Positions 1 to 10,297 are shown, counted from the stretch's first letter. The stretch: DNA of 26,343 nucleotides from Acidobacteriota bacterium (GCA_036507075.1 DASXQR010000127.1:1-26343); one strand, 5' to 3'. Made by a program: numbers and translations. Notes: generated by a model not told the origin, from the sequence alone.

Positions 1-1256
1 GAAAACTTGCCTGGCGCATCGCTCAAGTTCAGCGTGAATTCACCTCGATTGCCCGGCTGGAACACCAGGTACTCGGAGCCGCGCTTGGCCAGGCAGAAAC
101 CTGTCGGCGTGAGGTTGTCTTCCGGGACCATTTCGGCGAGGTTGATTCGTCGCGCGAATCTTTGTGTCTGGCCCATTGCCTCACGCGCGGAATCCTGCCA
201 GGTAGGGGAAGAGAGAAGCTCTTCCATAAACAGCACGTTATGGCCACGCGTGAAGCTTTTCCAGACCCACACCGCGTCGCCGCCGGTGTGGCCCCACAGG
301 TGGTCGGTGTCGTTGACGATGACCTTGCCCATGTACTTTGATGTCGGGTTGTCGCGAAAGCTCTCTTCCGGTCCGCCCGGATTCGGCGATACCCAGTCGG
401 CCGGGCTGGCCCAGAGGGTAGCATTCGTTCCGGGCAACAGCACCGTCATGCCCACGGGGTGTTGCTTCGGCTTTGAAGCTTCATACTTCTTCACGTAGTC
501 GATCACGTGATACTGCCAATCGATGGAATGCGGGCCGCTTTCATTGCACACCTCGTAGAGCACGTTGTCGAGGTCGTTCACGCTGTCAATCACCTTGCGC
601 AGGTATGCTTCCTGCAACTCCAAAACGCGCCGCCCCATGGCGGTCCGCTGCACGGTGTAGTATCCGAGACGGTCGCCGTCGATGCCGTTGGCGTTGTTGT
701 CGATGTTAAACGGGTGCCAGGTCCAGGCGTCAGTCCTCAGGTTCTCCCAGCCTTCAAACAGCATGATGGAGACGTAGATGCCGCGGTCGCGCGCCGCCGC
801 TACGCGCGCGCGCATCCGGTCGAAATATGCGGGATTGAATTGCGTTAAGTCGAATTTGGGCTTGTCATCACTGGCTTTGCCCGGCCCGCTGCGCACCCAC
901 GGATGAGGCTCGGCGTAATGGATCATTCCGCGCGGCTGCATGTCGGTCCACTTCGGCGCCTCCCAGCGCCACAGCCGGAAGAAGTTATGGTTGTGGTCCA
1001 CTAGAAATTTCAGGTACGCGTCGTAGTCAAACTTCGGAGGCGGATCGTCGCTCCTGGGCAGCCTGTGCCCATTGTCCTGGAAGTTGTGCCAGATGTGCGT
1101 GCCGGCAAGATAGATCGCCTTTCCGGAGCCGTCTGTGAAGTATCGCGGGTTCGACTGTAGCACCCGCAGCGGCCCTGTCGCAGGTCCACGCTGCGCGGCC
1201 GCAGGCAGCGCAAGCCAACAGGCGATGATTGCGACTCCCAGCAGTTTGGAGACCAT
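1..1256 (-). CDS. Secreted DUF6298-like / clan GH-A-like putative glycoside hydrolase with C-terminal collagen-binding-like domain (partial, runs off left edge)
   Basis: Not in the ORF track because it has no stop in the window. Manual translation from ATG 1256: MVSKLLGVAIIACWLALPAAAQRGPATGPLRVLQSNPRYFTDGSGKAIYLAGTHIWHNFQD...KFDLTQFNPAYFDRMRARV...DNVLYEVCNE...EYLVFQPGNRGEFTLNLSDAPGKF. It has a signal peptide and an NE motif, and I found no in-frame stop. Confidence 0.8.
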   Translation of the reverse strand, partial: MVSKLLGVAIIACWLALPAAAQRGPATGPLRVLQSNPRYFTDGSGKAIYLAGTHIWHNFQDNGHRLPRSDDPPPKFDYDAYLKFLVDHNHNFFRLWRWEAPKWTDMQPRGMIHYAEPHPWVRSGPGKASDDKPKFDLTQFNPAYFDRMRARVAAARDRGIYVSIMLFEGWENLRTDAWTWHPFNIDNNANGIDGDRLGYYTVQRTAMGRRVLELQEAYLRKVIDSVNDLDNVLYEVCNESGPHSIDWQYHVIDYVKKYEASKPKQHPVGMTVLLPGTNATLWASPADWVSPNPGGPEESFRDNPTSKYMGKVIVNDTDHLWGHTGGDAVWVWKSFTRGHNVLFMEELLSSPTWQDSAREAMGQTQRFARRINLAEMVPEDNLTPTGFCLAKRGSEYLVFQPGNRGEFTLNLSDAPGKF

Positions 1257-1340
1257 GGTTGCTGCTCGTCTAAGATATACAATCAAAGCCGACAATCCAA
1301 ATGTTGGCGGCATGCGCGGCGATCAATAATCCTGCAGGCT

Positions 1341-3170
1341 CTACTCGGGCAATTCAGGTCTGAGGCTGGTCAGTTGAATTCCCGTGCCGGATCGCTCGAT
1401 TCTGAACGCTGTCAGGTGGACCGGTTGTCCAAACACGATTGAAATAGAGCCGGTAAAGTTCGCGGGAATGCCGGGTGTCATCTCATTGATCAACTTTGCT
1501 GTCTGCCCGGTATATGAGCTTTGAAGAGAGCTAAACAGTCGGCCGAAATTATCATAAACGGACCCGAAAATCGTTGTAGAGAGCGCCGGATCGATCGGAG
1601 ATTGGGGCGACCAGGCTACACCGGTATCTACTGTCGAACTTCTCTCGACGGGGAGATGAAACATCTGTCCTGCGACTCCGGGAAATACCGCGACTGCGTC
1701 GACCAGCTCGCCGCGGTCCCGGAGGTTGTAGAAGAATGAAATCTCCAGATCTTCAGTTGTCGAAGTCAATGCGCCTGAGATTACAAAGTAACCAGCCCGC
1801 GCTGCGCCATCAGCGGCGAAGACATATCTTCGTGTGCCCCCGGGCGGAATCTTCACGTCGAAATTGCTTCGACCCAAAGAGTCGCCATTCAGCTTCCAGG
1901 GACTCGACCATGGCTTCGCATTTCCTTCCAGCAGACTGGCGCGTCCGTCCCAGGCTGAGTCACTCTTGTTTGTCATCAAAACGACCACCTCGTAGCCGCC
2001 ACCAAGGGCAAACTGCGGATACGTGACACGCGGACTTGAAGTGGGAACCGAATCATCCAGACGAATAATGTAAACATCCCTTGCTGCTCGCACTACGAAG
2101 CGATTTTCGCCGATTTTTGCGAATCCCAAAGCCCTACTGTTGCTTGAAATGCCCGGAATGCCGACAAGATCGAAACTGTATTTGAGGAGAAACGTACGCT
2201 GGTCGAACACCAGCAGTCGCGGCGTGGGCGCGTTGCTGCCCGGGTCGAAATATACATAAGTGACACCCTGTTTTGTGTCAGGCGCGACAAACGCCGACGA
2301 CGTCACGTCTGCGAACATATATCTCCCCTTGCGCTTGAACCCGACCGGATCGATAACGGATCCATCCGCTCCGTAGATCAGAGATCCCTCCGATTCGGCG
2401 CTCAGCCCGATCGACAATCCGGGAACTTTGTTGGCAACATCGACGCCTCCTGCGCTGATATTGAACACTGTGAGTTCATAATTACCCCAACCGTACAAAA
2501 CCGAACTGCTTCCGAGATTGCGAATCAATCGGGCGGATGCGCGGGCTGTTCGCTGACGCTTTACGCCTTTGTCAAACACGGCGAAGCCTTGCGAGTTTCC
2601 GTTTGTGTTGATAAGGTCGACGATCAGCGAGTCCGTGGTTCCGGGGACCACTATCATATCTCCAGGATAGAGCGTGCCGAAGTTTGGGTCGGTCCCGAGG
2701 GAAAACAGTGTGCCCGGGGTCCTGGAAGGAATGTCAAATGCCCGCACGGCGGCGGCGCCATACAGGCTGACATAAAGTGTGCGTCCGTCGTCGGCGAGCG
2801 CCAGCGTCGTGGGCTCACTTCCGACAAACACAGTGTGTTCGACGGTCGCGCTGTCGGGATTGATGACCGCGATGCTGTTGCCGCCCGGACCCACTGCACT
2901 TGGCACCGCAGCATATAACTTTCCGTCGCTGGGCACATAAAGCAGATCGTTTGTCGCAAGCGAGAGACGTTTGATGTCGATCGCCCACACCGGAGGATTG
3001 AAGTGCGCTGCCAGGACAATACCGCAGATCAAACGGCGCAACAGCCGGCCCAGGCTCGGCTTGGAAAACCTGTGCTTCCTGGCAGAATGGAATGGTGCTG
3101 AGGTAAAAGGATTCCGATCTCCTGATCTGCCGGGAGTTTTTTGCACGCAGGATTTAGCTTGTTTTGCCAT
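1341..3170 (-). CDS. Secreted YncE-like beta-propeller protein with C-terminal beta-rich domain (paralog of 3180..5009)
   Basis: 609-aa ORF. Signal-like segment RRLICGIVLAAHFNPPVWA; propeller blades (GKLYAAVPS, VFVGSEPTTLALADDGRTLYV); C-terminal YPQFALGGGYEVVVLMTNKS domain. The true start may be downstream of 3170. Confidence 0.75.
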   Translation of the reverse strand: MAKQAKSCVQKTPGRSGDRNPFTSAPFHSARKHRFSKPSLGRLLRRLICGIVLAAHFNPPVWAIDIKRLSLATNDLLYVPSDGKLYAAVPSAVGPGGNSIAVINPDSATVEHTVFVGSEPTTLALADDGRTLYVSLYGAAAVRAFDIPSRTPGTLFSLGTDPNFGTLYPGDMIVVPGTTDSLIVDLINTNGNSQGFAVFDKGVKRQRTARASARLIRNLGSSSVLYGWGNYELTVFNISAGGVDVANKVPGLSIGLSAESEGSLIYGADGSVIDPVGFKRKGRYMFADVTSSAFVAPDTKQGVTYVYFDPGSNAPTPRLLVFDQRTFLLKYSFDLVGIPGISSNSRALGFAKIGENRFVVRAARDVYIIRLDDSVPTSSPRVTYPQFALGGGYEVVVLMTNKSDSAWDGRASLLEGNAKPWSSPWKLNGDSLGRSNFDVKIPPGGTRRYVFAADGAARAGYFVISGALTSTTEDLEISFFYNLRDRGELVDAVAVFPGVAGQMFHLPVERSSTVDTGVAWSPQSPIDPALSTTIFGSVYDNFGRLFSSLQSSYTGQTAKLINEMTPGIPANFTGSISIVFGQPVHLTAFRIERSGTGIQLTSLRPELPE

Positions 3171-3179
3171 TTACCAATC

Positions 3180-4898
3180 TCACCAGTAAGGAGCGGGGGA
3201 AACCGACGTCAACTGCACGCGGCCGCCAACACCCTCGAGCCGGAACGCAACAATATAAAAGTCGCTGGAACCTTGCAGTTTGACAGAACCCGTAAAATTC
3301 TCCGGCAAGGTTTCAAAGATTTCGCTCAGCAGGCGCGCGGTCTGCCCGCTCGCCATGACCTGTTTTCTTTCCAGCACGTTCCCCTCTTGATCCAGCAAGG
3401 TTAGCGCCAGAGTGAATTCAGAAACCGTTCTGAGGTTCACCCACGCCAACCCTGTGTTGACCGCAGCGTCGCGCTCGACGGGAACTACAAAGCGAGCGCC
3501 GAGTTTTGCCGCCTGAACTCCCACAGAATCCGCCAGCACTCCGTTAATCCTGAAGTTGTAGAAGAAAGTAGCGACCAAATCGCTGGCGGCTGACTTATCG
3601 CCCTGCGCAATCTCAAGATAGCCGGCTCTGGCGACTGAGTCACCCTTGAACACAACCCTTTGAAAACCACGCGCCTGCAGATTGACCTCAAACTCGCCAG
3701 CGCCTGCCGGAGTCACTCCCTCAAACTGCAGTGGGGAAACCCAGGGTTCGGCATTCCCCTGAAGCGCTCTAATTTTTCCGCGCCATGGAGCCGCGCTTTT
3801 GTTTGTCAGGTTCAGAACAACCTCAAACCCGCCGCCGAGCGCGAATTGAGGAAAAACTATTTGGGGAAAATAGTCTGCGCCGACAGACGTCCGGATAAGA
3901 ACAAGCTCACTCTTTGTTATGAAAGCTAACCCATCGGAACCCCATCGGATTAGCGTCGAGGCCGTATCATGAGTGCCTTTGAGTTCCTCGCTTGAAAGAG
4001 GGACGAAAGTGTTCAGATCATAGGTAATAAGACGGGAACTCACTGACGAAAAGGGGGTAATAAAAAAAGTCCGGCCTAAATCGGAGGCCGGTACGATAAA
4101 AACTCCCCCATAGCTGGACCCAATATCATACTTGCCCTTCACTTGCAGGGTAACAGGGTCGATGACTTGTCCGCTGTTGCCATAAATCAAACCCGAGTCG
4201 TATTTGATCGAATTTCCGAGTATGGGAGTGATAATGGCAGCTCCGCTTTTGATCCCCAAGGCATCAACCGAAAACTTTCGGAGAGTCTGACGATTTATGG
4301 CCTCCAGTCCAAATAGTGTGTCATCCGAGCCGGAGAACTCCAGCGCGTCGAAAAGATTGGAACCCTGTGCAATGAATTCATTCGGCCTCCTTACCCCATT
4401 GTCATAAACGCTGATGAGCGTTTGCGGCGATGCGGGCGGAATAGTGCCCGATCTTGCAATTATGACAGCATCGGATGATCCCGGGATCACCTTCATATCG
4501 GATAAGCGCAGGAACGCCTCACCCGGTCGGGCCAGCGAAAACTCCAGTCCGGGTGTTTGCGTTGCCAGGTCAAAACGCCTGACCGTTTCGGATCCGGCCA
4601 GATATACCCAAAGCGTCCGGCCATCACCGGCCGCTGCGAGCCGCGTCGGTTCACTGCCGACGAAAGCAGAACTGCGGATCACGCCGGTGAAGGGATCGAT
4701 TGCCACGATGCTGTTGCCAATTCGACCTGCGCTGCTCGGCACAGTGGCGTAGATGAGTTTTGTAACGCCGTCCCACGCAATATCCCGTGCCGCCAGGGGA
4801 ATGACTCTGTGTTGGGACGCATGCAAAGGCGCCGAGCACACTAAGAGCACCAGAGCGGAGAGTATCCGTTTCGCGGATGGGCGTCTGTCTGAGGTCAT
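3180..4898 (-). CDS. Secreted YncE-like beta-propeller protein with C-terminal beta-rich domain (paralog of 1341..3170)
   Basis: ORF 3180..5009; the likely start is ATG 4898 (MTSDRRPSAKRILSALVLLVCSAPLHA, a signal peptide). Motifs AFVGSEPTRLAAAGDGRTLWV and FPQFALGGGFEVVLNLTNKS match the neighbouring gene. Confidence 0.75.
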   Translation of the reverse strand: MTSDRRPSAKRILSALVLLVCSAPLHASQHRVIPLAARDIAWDGVTKLIYATVPSSAGRIGNSIVAIDPFTGVIRSSAFVGSEPTRLAAAGDGRTLWVYLAGSETVRRFDLATQTPGLEFSLARPGEAFLRLSDMKVIPGSSDAVIIARSGTIPPASPQTLISVYDNGVRRPNEFIAQGSNLFDALEFSGSDDTLFGLEAINRQTLRKFSVDALGIKSGAAIITPILGNSIKYDSGLIYGNSGQVIDPVTLQVKGKYDIGSSYGGVFIVPASDLGRTFFITPFSSVSSRLITYDLNTFVPLSSEELKGTHDTASTLIRWGSDGLAFITKSELVLIRTSVGADYFPQIVFPQFALGGGFEVVLNLTNKSAAPWRGKIRALQGNAEPWVSPLQFEGVTPAGAGEFEVNLQARGFQRVVFKGDSVARAGYLEIAQGDKSAASDLVATFFYNFRINGVLADSVGVQAAKLGARFVVPVERDAAVNTGLAWVNLRTVSEFTLALTLLDQEGNVLERKQVMASGQTARLLSEIFETLPENFTGSVKLQGSSDFYIVAFRLEGVGGRVQLTSVSPAPYW

Positions 4899-5005
4899 AC
4901 TTTCGCTCGGCGCCGCACAATCATGGCTCAACTCGATGTTTCCGTCTGTCATGCAAGTCCGTGCGATCCGCGTGAACTGCCTTCTTTTTGATAGGAAAAC
5001 TCGGA

Positions 5006-8000
5006 TCATGGTTTTCGTCGGGACCGGGGGGCACAGGTATTTACCAACAGGTGACTTGCAAATGATTCGAGCACAACCAGGTCATTCTTCGCATCTAAGT
5101 TGAAATCTGCCGCCGCGACAGCCACTGCATCAAGCTGAAGCTGAAGAGGAAGCTGAATCGTATCACCGAAGCCTCCGTCGCCGTCGCCCTTGAGGATTAT
5201 CAAACGGCGCGTATTCGTCGCCACTACAATGTCCGGTTTTCCATCATTGTTAAAGTCCGCAAAGGCAAACGTGCGCGCGCCCTCCACAGGATAGACCAAT
5301 GGCAGACCGAAATTTCCCGTACCGTCGCCTCGCGCGATGCCAATCCCATCAGAACCGACAACCAGATCCGGCTTGCTATCCCCATTGAAATCCGCCACGC
5401 CTGCGACGAGCACCGACGCGAATGGCTGCAACTTTGGCGCGCCAAATTTTCCGCCACCCTCGCCAAGCAGGGTGGAGACACTGCCTGCTCGTCCGACTAT
5501 GACATCGAGTTTCCCGTCCAGGTTAAAGTCCGCTACCGCTGAAGTTTCGACTGCAAATCCAAGAGGAACGGAAACAGGAATGGCAAGTCCGCCTTGACCG
5601 TCGCCGCGTATGAAAGAAAGGTCGTTGCTCTCGGAATTTGCGAGCAGGAGATCCACTTTGCCATCCGAATCGAAGTCGCCGACATGAATTGCGCGCGGAA
5701 GAGTTCTGTTTCCTGGAGGGTCGAGTTCCAGCAGCATTCCGGGTTCCAGACCGCCGATGCTGTTGCTTATAAATAGCCGGATTCTGGCGGGAATTGTATT
5801 GAGGAGGGCTACATCCAGTCTTCCATCGCCGTTGAAATCGGCCACGGCAAAGCGTGAAAAGTCCATCCCGGATCGTACCGTCGGACCCTGCCGCAATCTG
5901 CCCGTACCATCACCCAGAAGAATCGAGATGTTGGCATTAGGGTTAGATTGAAAAAAGAGCGCGACATCGATAAAGCCGTCATTGTTGAAATCCGCTGCAT
6001 GCAACCCCAGCGGCACACCAGTCAATGCGTACCGCGTCGCCTCAAAACCGGGCATGGCACATGCACCATCTTCCTGCCATACTGAAACGTTTATCCCGGC
6101 GATCGTCAGTCTTCCCGCCCGAGCTCCGCGACCAGCCGGAGCCGCCGAGATTCTTAGCGTGCCATTTCCGGCCCCGCCCGGTTCGCCCATAATTTTGATC
6201 CATTCAGAGTGACTCATGGCGCTCCAGGGGCAGTCTCCCGGCGCCGTAACTGCGATTGTGACTTCGCCCCCACTCGAAGAAAAACTTAAACTTTGGCTGC
6301 TTAACCTATACACGCAAGCGCTGCCGGTGAAATCAGCCGCAAGATCCGTCGATAAAGCGTCAATCTCGCGGAATAATGGGGCAAAGGTAAATCCGGATTT
6401 TGAAGGGGTGAGCCTGAATTGACCGCCTGGTGTTAAGTCGGTGAATTGGAAAAATCCTTCGGCGTCGGTTTGTTTCCTTGCCGTTTGCGAGCCGGTCAAT
6501 TGCAGCTCGACCGCGGGCAGTGGCTTCCCATCGGCGCTCCTCACTGTGCCGCTGATTGACGGCATGCTTGAAACCAGTGTCGATTGTTCGGCGGTGTTAT
6601 TTGTCCTGTCGTGATCCGGCTCCACCCCTGCGGCCATCGCGGAATTAGTGATCCTGCCGATGGTCAACGGCCGAACTTCAATGGTTATCGTGGCTGTGGT
6701 GTCTACTGCCAGGTTTCCGATGCTGCAAACCACATCGGCGCCGGAATGATTGCAATTACCGTGGCTGGGCACAATGGAAATTACCTCTATATTCTCCGGC
6801 AGATGATCCGTTATCACGACCCCTGTCGCGATTGAGGGTCCTCGATTGGTGGCGCGAACTTTATAGGTGAAAGGAGTGTTGATCATCACGGGATCTCGCG
6901 AATCCGTGACTGAGAGGGATAGATCGGCATCGACTCCAATCTTGGCTATGAAGCCATCTGTGAACAAGGGGCTGCGGCCTTGAGGTAGACCCGGGAAGTC
7001 GGCGGAAGCCGTGCTCCCCGCCACATAGGCATTCTCGTCGACGTCCAGGGCAATTCCGTAGCCGAATTCTGCCGATTGGCCAGCGATCAGGGCGGCGTAG
7101 ATAATCGTCCGGGCGGGTCGATCCAGCTTCACAATGAAAGCGTCGGGCGGCGTACCGGTCACCTGGATCGGATCCACAACAGGAAAATCACGCGAACTGG
7201 TGGTACCGACAAGGAATGCATTCCCGGTGCGATCGACAGTGACGGCATTGCCCTGATCAATCCCGCTGCCACCCAAAGTTATCGAGTAGTCCAGCGCTGT
7301 TCCTTCGGGATTGAGCTTGCACGCGAATACATCCGAACTTACAACGCCGCTTTGAAGCGGATGAGTTACGGGGAAGTCCGGCGAGTCTGTGGTCCCGACA
7401 ATGTAAGCGGAACTTTCCGAATCCAGTGCGATTCCATTGGCGACATCGGACGTGCGGCCCCCAATCAGCATGGAGTAAACGATCGCATTCTGCGTGTTCA
7501 GTTTTGTCACGAAGGCGTCGGAACCTCCGCCGGGCACTCCCGGGAGAGGGTTAACGAGCGGAAAATCGGGAGACGCCGACCTCCCGGCAAGGTAGGCATT
7601 CCCCGTCGCATCCAGCGCCACTGCTCTAGCTTCGTCGGCCTCAGTTCCCCCAAGATACGTAAACGCAAGCAGCTTCGTACCTGTCGGATCCAGTCTCGCG
7701 ACAAATCCATCGCCGCCGCAGCTTGTAACCGCGTAAACAGTCCGCTGATGCTGCGGGTGCAGTGCGATGAAGTTTACCTGCCTGCTCGTGAGGCCGGCGT
7801 TGATGGGTGACCAGCTGATGGCCGCATCGATTGTTTTGTAGACGCCGTTCGAAGTGGCCGCGTAGATTATCGCTGGCGAAACAGGATCTACGGCTAACGC
7901 ATAAACGGTTTGCACCGCCGTCGTGCCCGATTCAAGAAACAAACCCTTGTTGCTCGGCGCCCAGGTGTTCCCGGTGTCCGTGCTCTTGTAGACGCCGCCT

Positions 8001-9997
8001 GCGAAGTTTGCCACTCCCGCGTATACGGTAGAAGGTTTGGCCGGGTCCACTGCCAGCGTCAGCACCTGTGGTACAAACCCGAATCCAAGACCGGTGTTGA
8101 TCGCAGCCCAGGTCGTGCCCGAGTTTGTAGACCTGTGCACTCCCCTGGAGGTTGCAAGGTAGACTGTGGACGGTTGGCCCGGTGCAAATAGGATTCTAGT
8201 TACTCTCGGAATGGAACCCTGAGAAGGCGAGATAAAAGGCACTACCGCCCAGGTTTCACCGGCATCAACGCTTTTGTAAAGCCCGATAGCGCCTCCCGCA
8301 TAGAGAGTAGTGGGAGTCAAAGGATCAATGGCAATGTTGGATATCAGATTTCCGAGACCCCGGTTCTTGAGTTGGTACGAAACGCCCGCATCTGTACTCT
8401 TGAAAATCCCTCCCACCGTAGCGACGTAGAGCACCGATGAATTGGTGGGATCAATTACGAGGTCCTGAGCACCTGTTGGAGCTGAAAAAGCGCTGAACCT
8501 TCCGGCCGCCGTCCAGGAAGCGCCGCCATTGGTGCTCTTGAACACTCCGGTCGAAGTTGACGCGTATAGATTTTCTGTGTTTTTTGGATTGACAGTGATT
8601 CCAACCACGTATCCACTGTCCAACTCTTCAGTCATTCCGATCCAATTGTCACCGGCGTCTGTGCTCCGGAAAAATGCGCTGCCGCTTCTGCTGCCCTTCG
8701 CGCCAGCAGTAACAAACTGGTGAGAATCGCTTCGGCCTACGACTACTGCATTGCCGGCGGCATCCAACGCCAGTGCGAGCGCCTGGTCCGAACCGCCGCC
8801 GCCGAGAAAGGTGGAATACAGCAGCGATGAGCCTGATGGGTTGAGCTTGGCGACAAAAGCATCAGTGTCTGCGTCAATGGTTTCCTGTACTGCGCCGGAG
8901 GTATGCGGAAAATCAGAGGAGGCTGTCCAACCGCCTAGATGAATGTTTCCCGAAGCATCCAGGCCGATTGCAGTGGGCCTATCAGAGCTGCTTCCACCGA
9001 CATAGGTTGCAAATACCAGATTTCCTGCCTGGTTCAACTTGGCGATGAATACATCAGTCACGTTGCCTCTGGAGGGTGCCGGAGTCGGAAAGTCCGACGA
9101 TGTTGTCGGGCCCGTTACGTATGCGTTTCCGGCGCGGTCCAAAGTCACCGCCACGGCTTCATCGAAGGAGTTTCCACCAACGATCGCTGAGTAAATTAAG
9201 ACAGGATCAATGCACAAGGGAGCATGAGTGTCGTAAGGTCCAACGGTAAATCCAAAGCGATTCTTTGCCACCAGGCGAAAGAAAACAGCGACATCTTGCG
9301 ATTTGCCTTTCAGAATCTGAAAAGCGCGGGGCCGCGGTTGCCTGAATTCGCTTGATCCACAGCGGATGAGCAAATCTCCGTTTCCAGCCAGGCGAACGGA
9401 GGAGGCACCCTTGATGGCCATTTGGATCAGACGCGGATTCGCGCCCGGGCGGATGTGGAAATCGTACTCCAGCCCCTGCTGGTATCCATGGTAGACAAGA
9501 TCTATTCCACGGTAGAGGCCTTTGTACCTGACTTCATTGAAGGCCGGCACGTTTATTCGCCAGCCGCCTGGATCGGGCCCAAGGAAATAATGAGAAGGAG
9601 CTGACAACTGATGAGAACCGTAGAGAGAGGTCGGCCCGGCAGATCCCATTGGCTCGATGCTGAAACTTTCGAGTCGCCCTGCGGATGCAGACCCAGCCGG
9701 ATATTTCGCCGAACCGCTGTTGGTGGCCGCTCCAGTCGCAATGTGGCCCTGTATGATGACTCGCTTCCGCATCAACAGGACGTTCCATCCACCCGCACGG
9801 CCAACGAACCTTATGCGCGGATCCAGCTGCCCTGCGTTCGCCTCAAATCGGATCGGAAGCGCCTGGTAAATCTGCAGGGCCGGACCGAGACGATTGCCGT
9901 ACACTACGCTCTTGCCATTTATCCCCGGTAGCCCGAAGGAGATCTGTTCCAGGCACATTAAAGCTAAAAAGGGAAAAGAAAGTCTCAAGGACTGCAT
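5006..9997 (-). CDS. Large secreted multidomain surface protein: SBBP repeats, BNR/Asp-box propeller, DUF11, carboxypeptidase-regulatory-like, BACON, FG-GAP/VCBS repeats
   Basis: 1663 aa. SBBP repeats (AVTLDRAGNAYVTGPTTSSDFP, DAFVAKLNPSG); Asp-boxes (FRSTDAGDNW, FKSTNGGASW, YKSVDAGETW); DUF11 (ADLSLSVTDSRDPV...TNRGPSIATGVVITDHLP); BACON-like (CPWSAMSHSEWI); FG-GAP (ADFNGDGRLDVA, GDFDSDGKVDLL). Confidence 0.88.
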   Translation of the reverse strand: MQSLRLSFPFLALMCLEQISFGLPGINGKSVVYGNRLGPALQIYQALPIRFEANAGQLDPRIRFVGRAGGWNVLLMRKRVIIQGHIATGAATNSGSAKYPAGSASAGRLESFSIEPMGSAGPTSLYGSHQLSAPSHYFLGPDPGGWRINVPAFNEVRYKGLYRGIDLVYHGYQQGLEYDFHIRPGANPRLIQMAIKGASSVRLAGNGDLLIRCGSSEFRQPRPRAFQILKGKSQDVAVFFRLVAKNRFGFTVGPYDTHAPLCIDPVLIYSAIVGGNSFDEAVAVTLDRAGNAYVTGPTTSSDFPTPAPSRGNVTDVFIAKLNQAGNLVFATYVGGSSSDRPTAIGLDASGNIHLGGWTASSDFPHTSGAVQETIDADTDAFVAKLNPSGSSLLYSTFLGGGGSDQALALALDAAGNAVVVGRSDSHQFVTAGAKGSRSGSAFFRSTDAGDNWIGMTEELDSGYVVGITVNPKNTENLYASTSTGVFKSTNGGASWTAAGRFSAFSAPTGAQDLVIDPTNSSVLYVATVGGIFKSTDAGVSYQLKNRGLGNLISNIAIDPLTPTTLYAGGAIGLYKSVDAGETWAVVPFISPSQGSIPRVTRILFAPGQPSTVYLATSRGVHRSTNSGTTWAAINTGLGFGFVPQVLTLAVDPAKPSTVYAGVANFAGGVYKSTDTGNTWAPSNKGLFLESGTTAVQTVYALAVDPVSPAIIYAATSNGVYKTIDAAISWSPINAGLTSRQVNFIALHPQHQRTVYAVTSCGGDGFVARLDPTGTKLLAFTYLGGTEADEARAVALDATGNAYLAGRSASPDFPLVNPLPGVPGGGSDAFVTKLNTQNAIVYSMLIGGRTSDVANGIALDSESSAYIVGTTDSPDFPVTHPLQSGVVSSDVFACKLNPEGTALDYSITLGGSGIDQGNAVTVDRTGNAFLVGTTSSRDFPVVDPIQVTGTPPDAFIVKLDRPARTIIYAALIAGQSAEFGYGIALDVDENAYVAGSTASADFPGLPQGRSPLFTDGFIAKIGVDADLSLSVTDSRDPVMINTPFTYKVRATNRGPSIATGVVITDHLPENIEVISIVPSHGNCNHSGADVVCSIGNLAVDTTATITIEVRPLTIGRITNSAMAAGVEPDHDRTNNTAEQSTLVSSMPSISGTVRSADGKPLPAVELQLTGSQTARKQTDAEGFFQFTDLTPGGQFRLTPSKSGFTFAPLFREIDALSTDLAADFTGSACVYRLSSQSLSFSSSGGEVTIAVTAPGDCPWSAMSHSEWIKIMGEPGGAGNGTLRISAAPAGRGARAGRLTIAGINVSVWQEDGACAMPGFEATRYALTGVPLGLHAADFNNDGFIDVALFFQSNPNANISILLGDGTGRLRQGPTVRSGMDFSRFAVADFNGDGRLDVALLNTIPARIRLFISNSIGGLEPGMLLELDPPGNRTLPRAIHVGDFDSDGKVDLLLANSESNDLSFIRGDGQGGLAIPVSVPLGFAVETSAVADFNLDGKLDVIVGRAGSVSTLLGEGGGKFGAPKLQPFASVLVAGVADFNGDSKPDLVVGSDGIGIARGDGTGNFGLPLVYPVEGARTFAFADFNNDGKPDIVVATNTRRLIILKGDGDGGFGDTIQLPLQLQLDAVAVAAADFNLDAKNDLVVLESFASHLLVNTCAPRSRRKP

Positions 9998-10060
9998 TTT
10001 GGGGGAAACTAATGAAAATCCAAAGTTCTGTTTTAAAATCTATCTTGAAGAAAAGGTGAA

Positions 10061-10290
10061 CTAAGTCAAATCGACATTATTTTGCCACGTGCTGAAACCT
10101 TTCGCTTCCGCTCGGACCTCGTAGCGTCCTACTGGAAGAGCCGCCGCGGTATAGACGCCGTTCGCTTCAGTGATGTAGGTGCGGCTCAGACCGTTAATTA
10201 ATATCGTGATCCGCGCCCCGCTGATGACACCCTCACTCGAGTCACTGACGGTCCCGGAGATAGTTCCCGCAGGGGATTGGGCCAGTGGAG
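10061..10290 (-). pseudogene. Fragment of a carboxypeptidase-regulatory-like N-terminal domain (TonB-dependent receptor type)
   Basis: AQSPAGTISGTVSDSSEGVISGARITILINGLSRTYITEANGVYTAAALPVGRYEVRAEAKGFS, followed by a premature stop. No signal peptide or barrel. Confidence 0.65.
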
Positions 10291-10297
10291 TTCGGGA

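Noticed and set aside
1341..5009. Both paralog ORFs being exactly 609 aa
   Set aside because: This is coincidence from longest-ORF start choice; the signal peptides indicate different, later starts.
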